Shown here: positions 31,754-32,000 of the stretch, in pieces | Layout of the letters: each line of letters opens with the position of its first letter | How positions within the stretch are numbered: position 1 is the first letter of the stretch | Assembly: GCF_017876815.1 (NCBI RefSeq) | Contig: NZ_JAGIOS010000002.1 | Coordinates: 540,001-572,000 of the forward strand | Length of the DNA stretch: 32,000 bases | Direction of reading: 5' to 3' | Source: Sinorhizobium meliloti | Lineage (GTDB): Bacteria; Pseudomonadota; Alphaproteobacteria; Rhizobiales; Rhizobiaceae | Program-made: the position numbers and the translations under genes | Notes under the pieces: model-generated | Told to the model about the DNA's origin: nothing | The model's database searches: none | What the model saw: the letters and a program-made list of their open reading frames with translations, nothing else

Positions 31754-32000
31754 ATGACTTTCACGCGGCGCGCAGTCGTTCAGGGGCTAGGCATGGGTAT
31801 GTCGCTGCCGCTTGTGCCGCGGGCGTGGGGCCAGGCTGCCGACCTCACGAAGCGGGTCATACCGAAGAGCGAAGAACCGCTGCCGCTCATCGGCCTCGGC
31901 ACCTGGATCACGTTCAACGTCGGAGACGACGCTGTACTGATGGACGAATGTGCCGCCGTGATCGCTGCCTTCTTCGAAGGCGGCGGTCGCATGATCGATT
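31754..32000 (+). CDS. Aldo/keto reductase with a Tat-type signal (partial, 3' end outside the window)
   Basis: AAGGGAG lies 6 nt upstream of the ATG at 31754. The sequence MTFTRRAVVQGLGMGMSLPLVPRAWG is followed by PLIGLGTWITFNVG, which looks like an AKR N-terminus. It is open-ended and so absent from the ORF track. Confidence 0.7.
   Translation, partial: MTFTRRAVVQGLGMGMSLPLVPRAWGQAADLTKRVIPKSEEPLPLIGLGTWITFNVGDDAVLMDECAAVIAAFFEGGGRMID

Noticed and set aside
1-32000. I searched by eye for rRNA, tRNA, transposase, integrase, phage genes, CRISPR-cas and known defence-system hallmarks.
   Set aside because: I recognised none. The only mobile-type signatures are short non-autonomous palindromic repeats and the decayed TA module. 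A tRNA or sRNA scan with covariance models was not possible here, so absence is not proven.

Overview
This is a GC-rich window (clearly over 60% G+C in genes) that looks like an accessory or secondary-replicon region of a Rhizobiaceae genome, probably Sinorhizobium/Ensifer-like. The taxon call rests on minCDE sitting among polysaccharide genes, as on pSymB of S. meliloti, and on rhizobial-type intergenic palindromic repeats. It is an inference, because no database search was possible.

Gene content, left to right:
- (1) A minus-strand Wzy-dependent polysaccharide operon. It runs from an ExoP/GumC-like co-polymerase without a kinase domain, through a Wzy-like polymerase, a CE4 deacetylase, a GT4, a large palindromic repeat, a second GT4, a VanZ-like protein and a GT2, to a secreted protein cut by the window edge. 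Most junctions are ATGA- or overlap-coupled.
- (2) A DapA/NAL-family lyase.
- (3) A vapBC-type toxin-antitoxin module destroyed by three 1-nt insertions.
- (4) A divergent pair: wzx coupled to a GNAT-like gene, facing an N-terminally short HemK/PrmC-like NPPY methyltransferase coupled to a paralogous GNAT-like gene.
- (5) An L,D-transpeptidase.
- (6) A signalling island: a stand-alone EAL protein and a glycine-rich secreted protein, divergent from a HisKA_3 kinase and NarL-type regulator. A second glycine-rich protein with a Tat signal overlaps the regulator 3' end convergently.
- (7) minCDE, with a repeat hairpin inserted between minC and minD.
- (8) A DUF1127 gene, a candidate 29-aa sORF, an aldo/keto reductase and a Pro/Thr-rich microprotein.
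- (9) A tight AsnB-like / carrier protein / adenylating ligase / short NadE-like operon behind a strikingly AT-rich tract.
- (10) A VOC-family protein and a Tat-signal aldo/keto reductase cut by the window end.

I recognised no rRNA, tRNA, CRISPR array, transposase or integrase.

The most novel-looking candidates are the double-amidation carrier-protein cassette, the methyltransferase plus GNAT-paralog arrangement, and the glycine-rich protein / two-component / EAL island. All functional calls come from motifs read by eye, and start codons are often uncertain.
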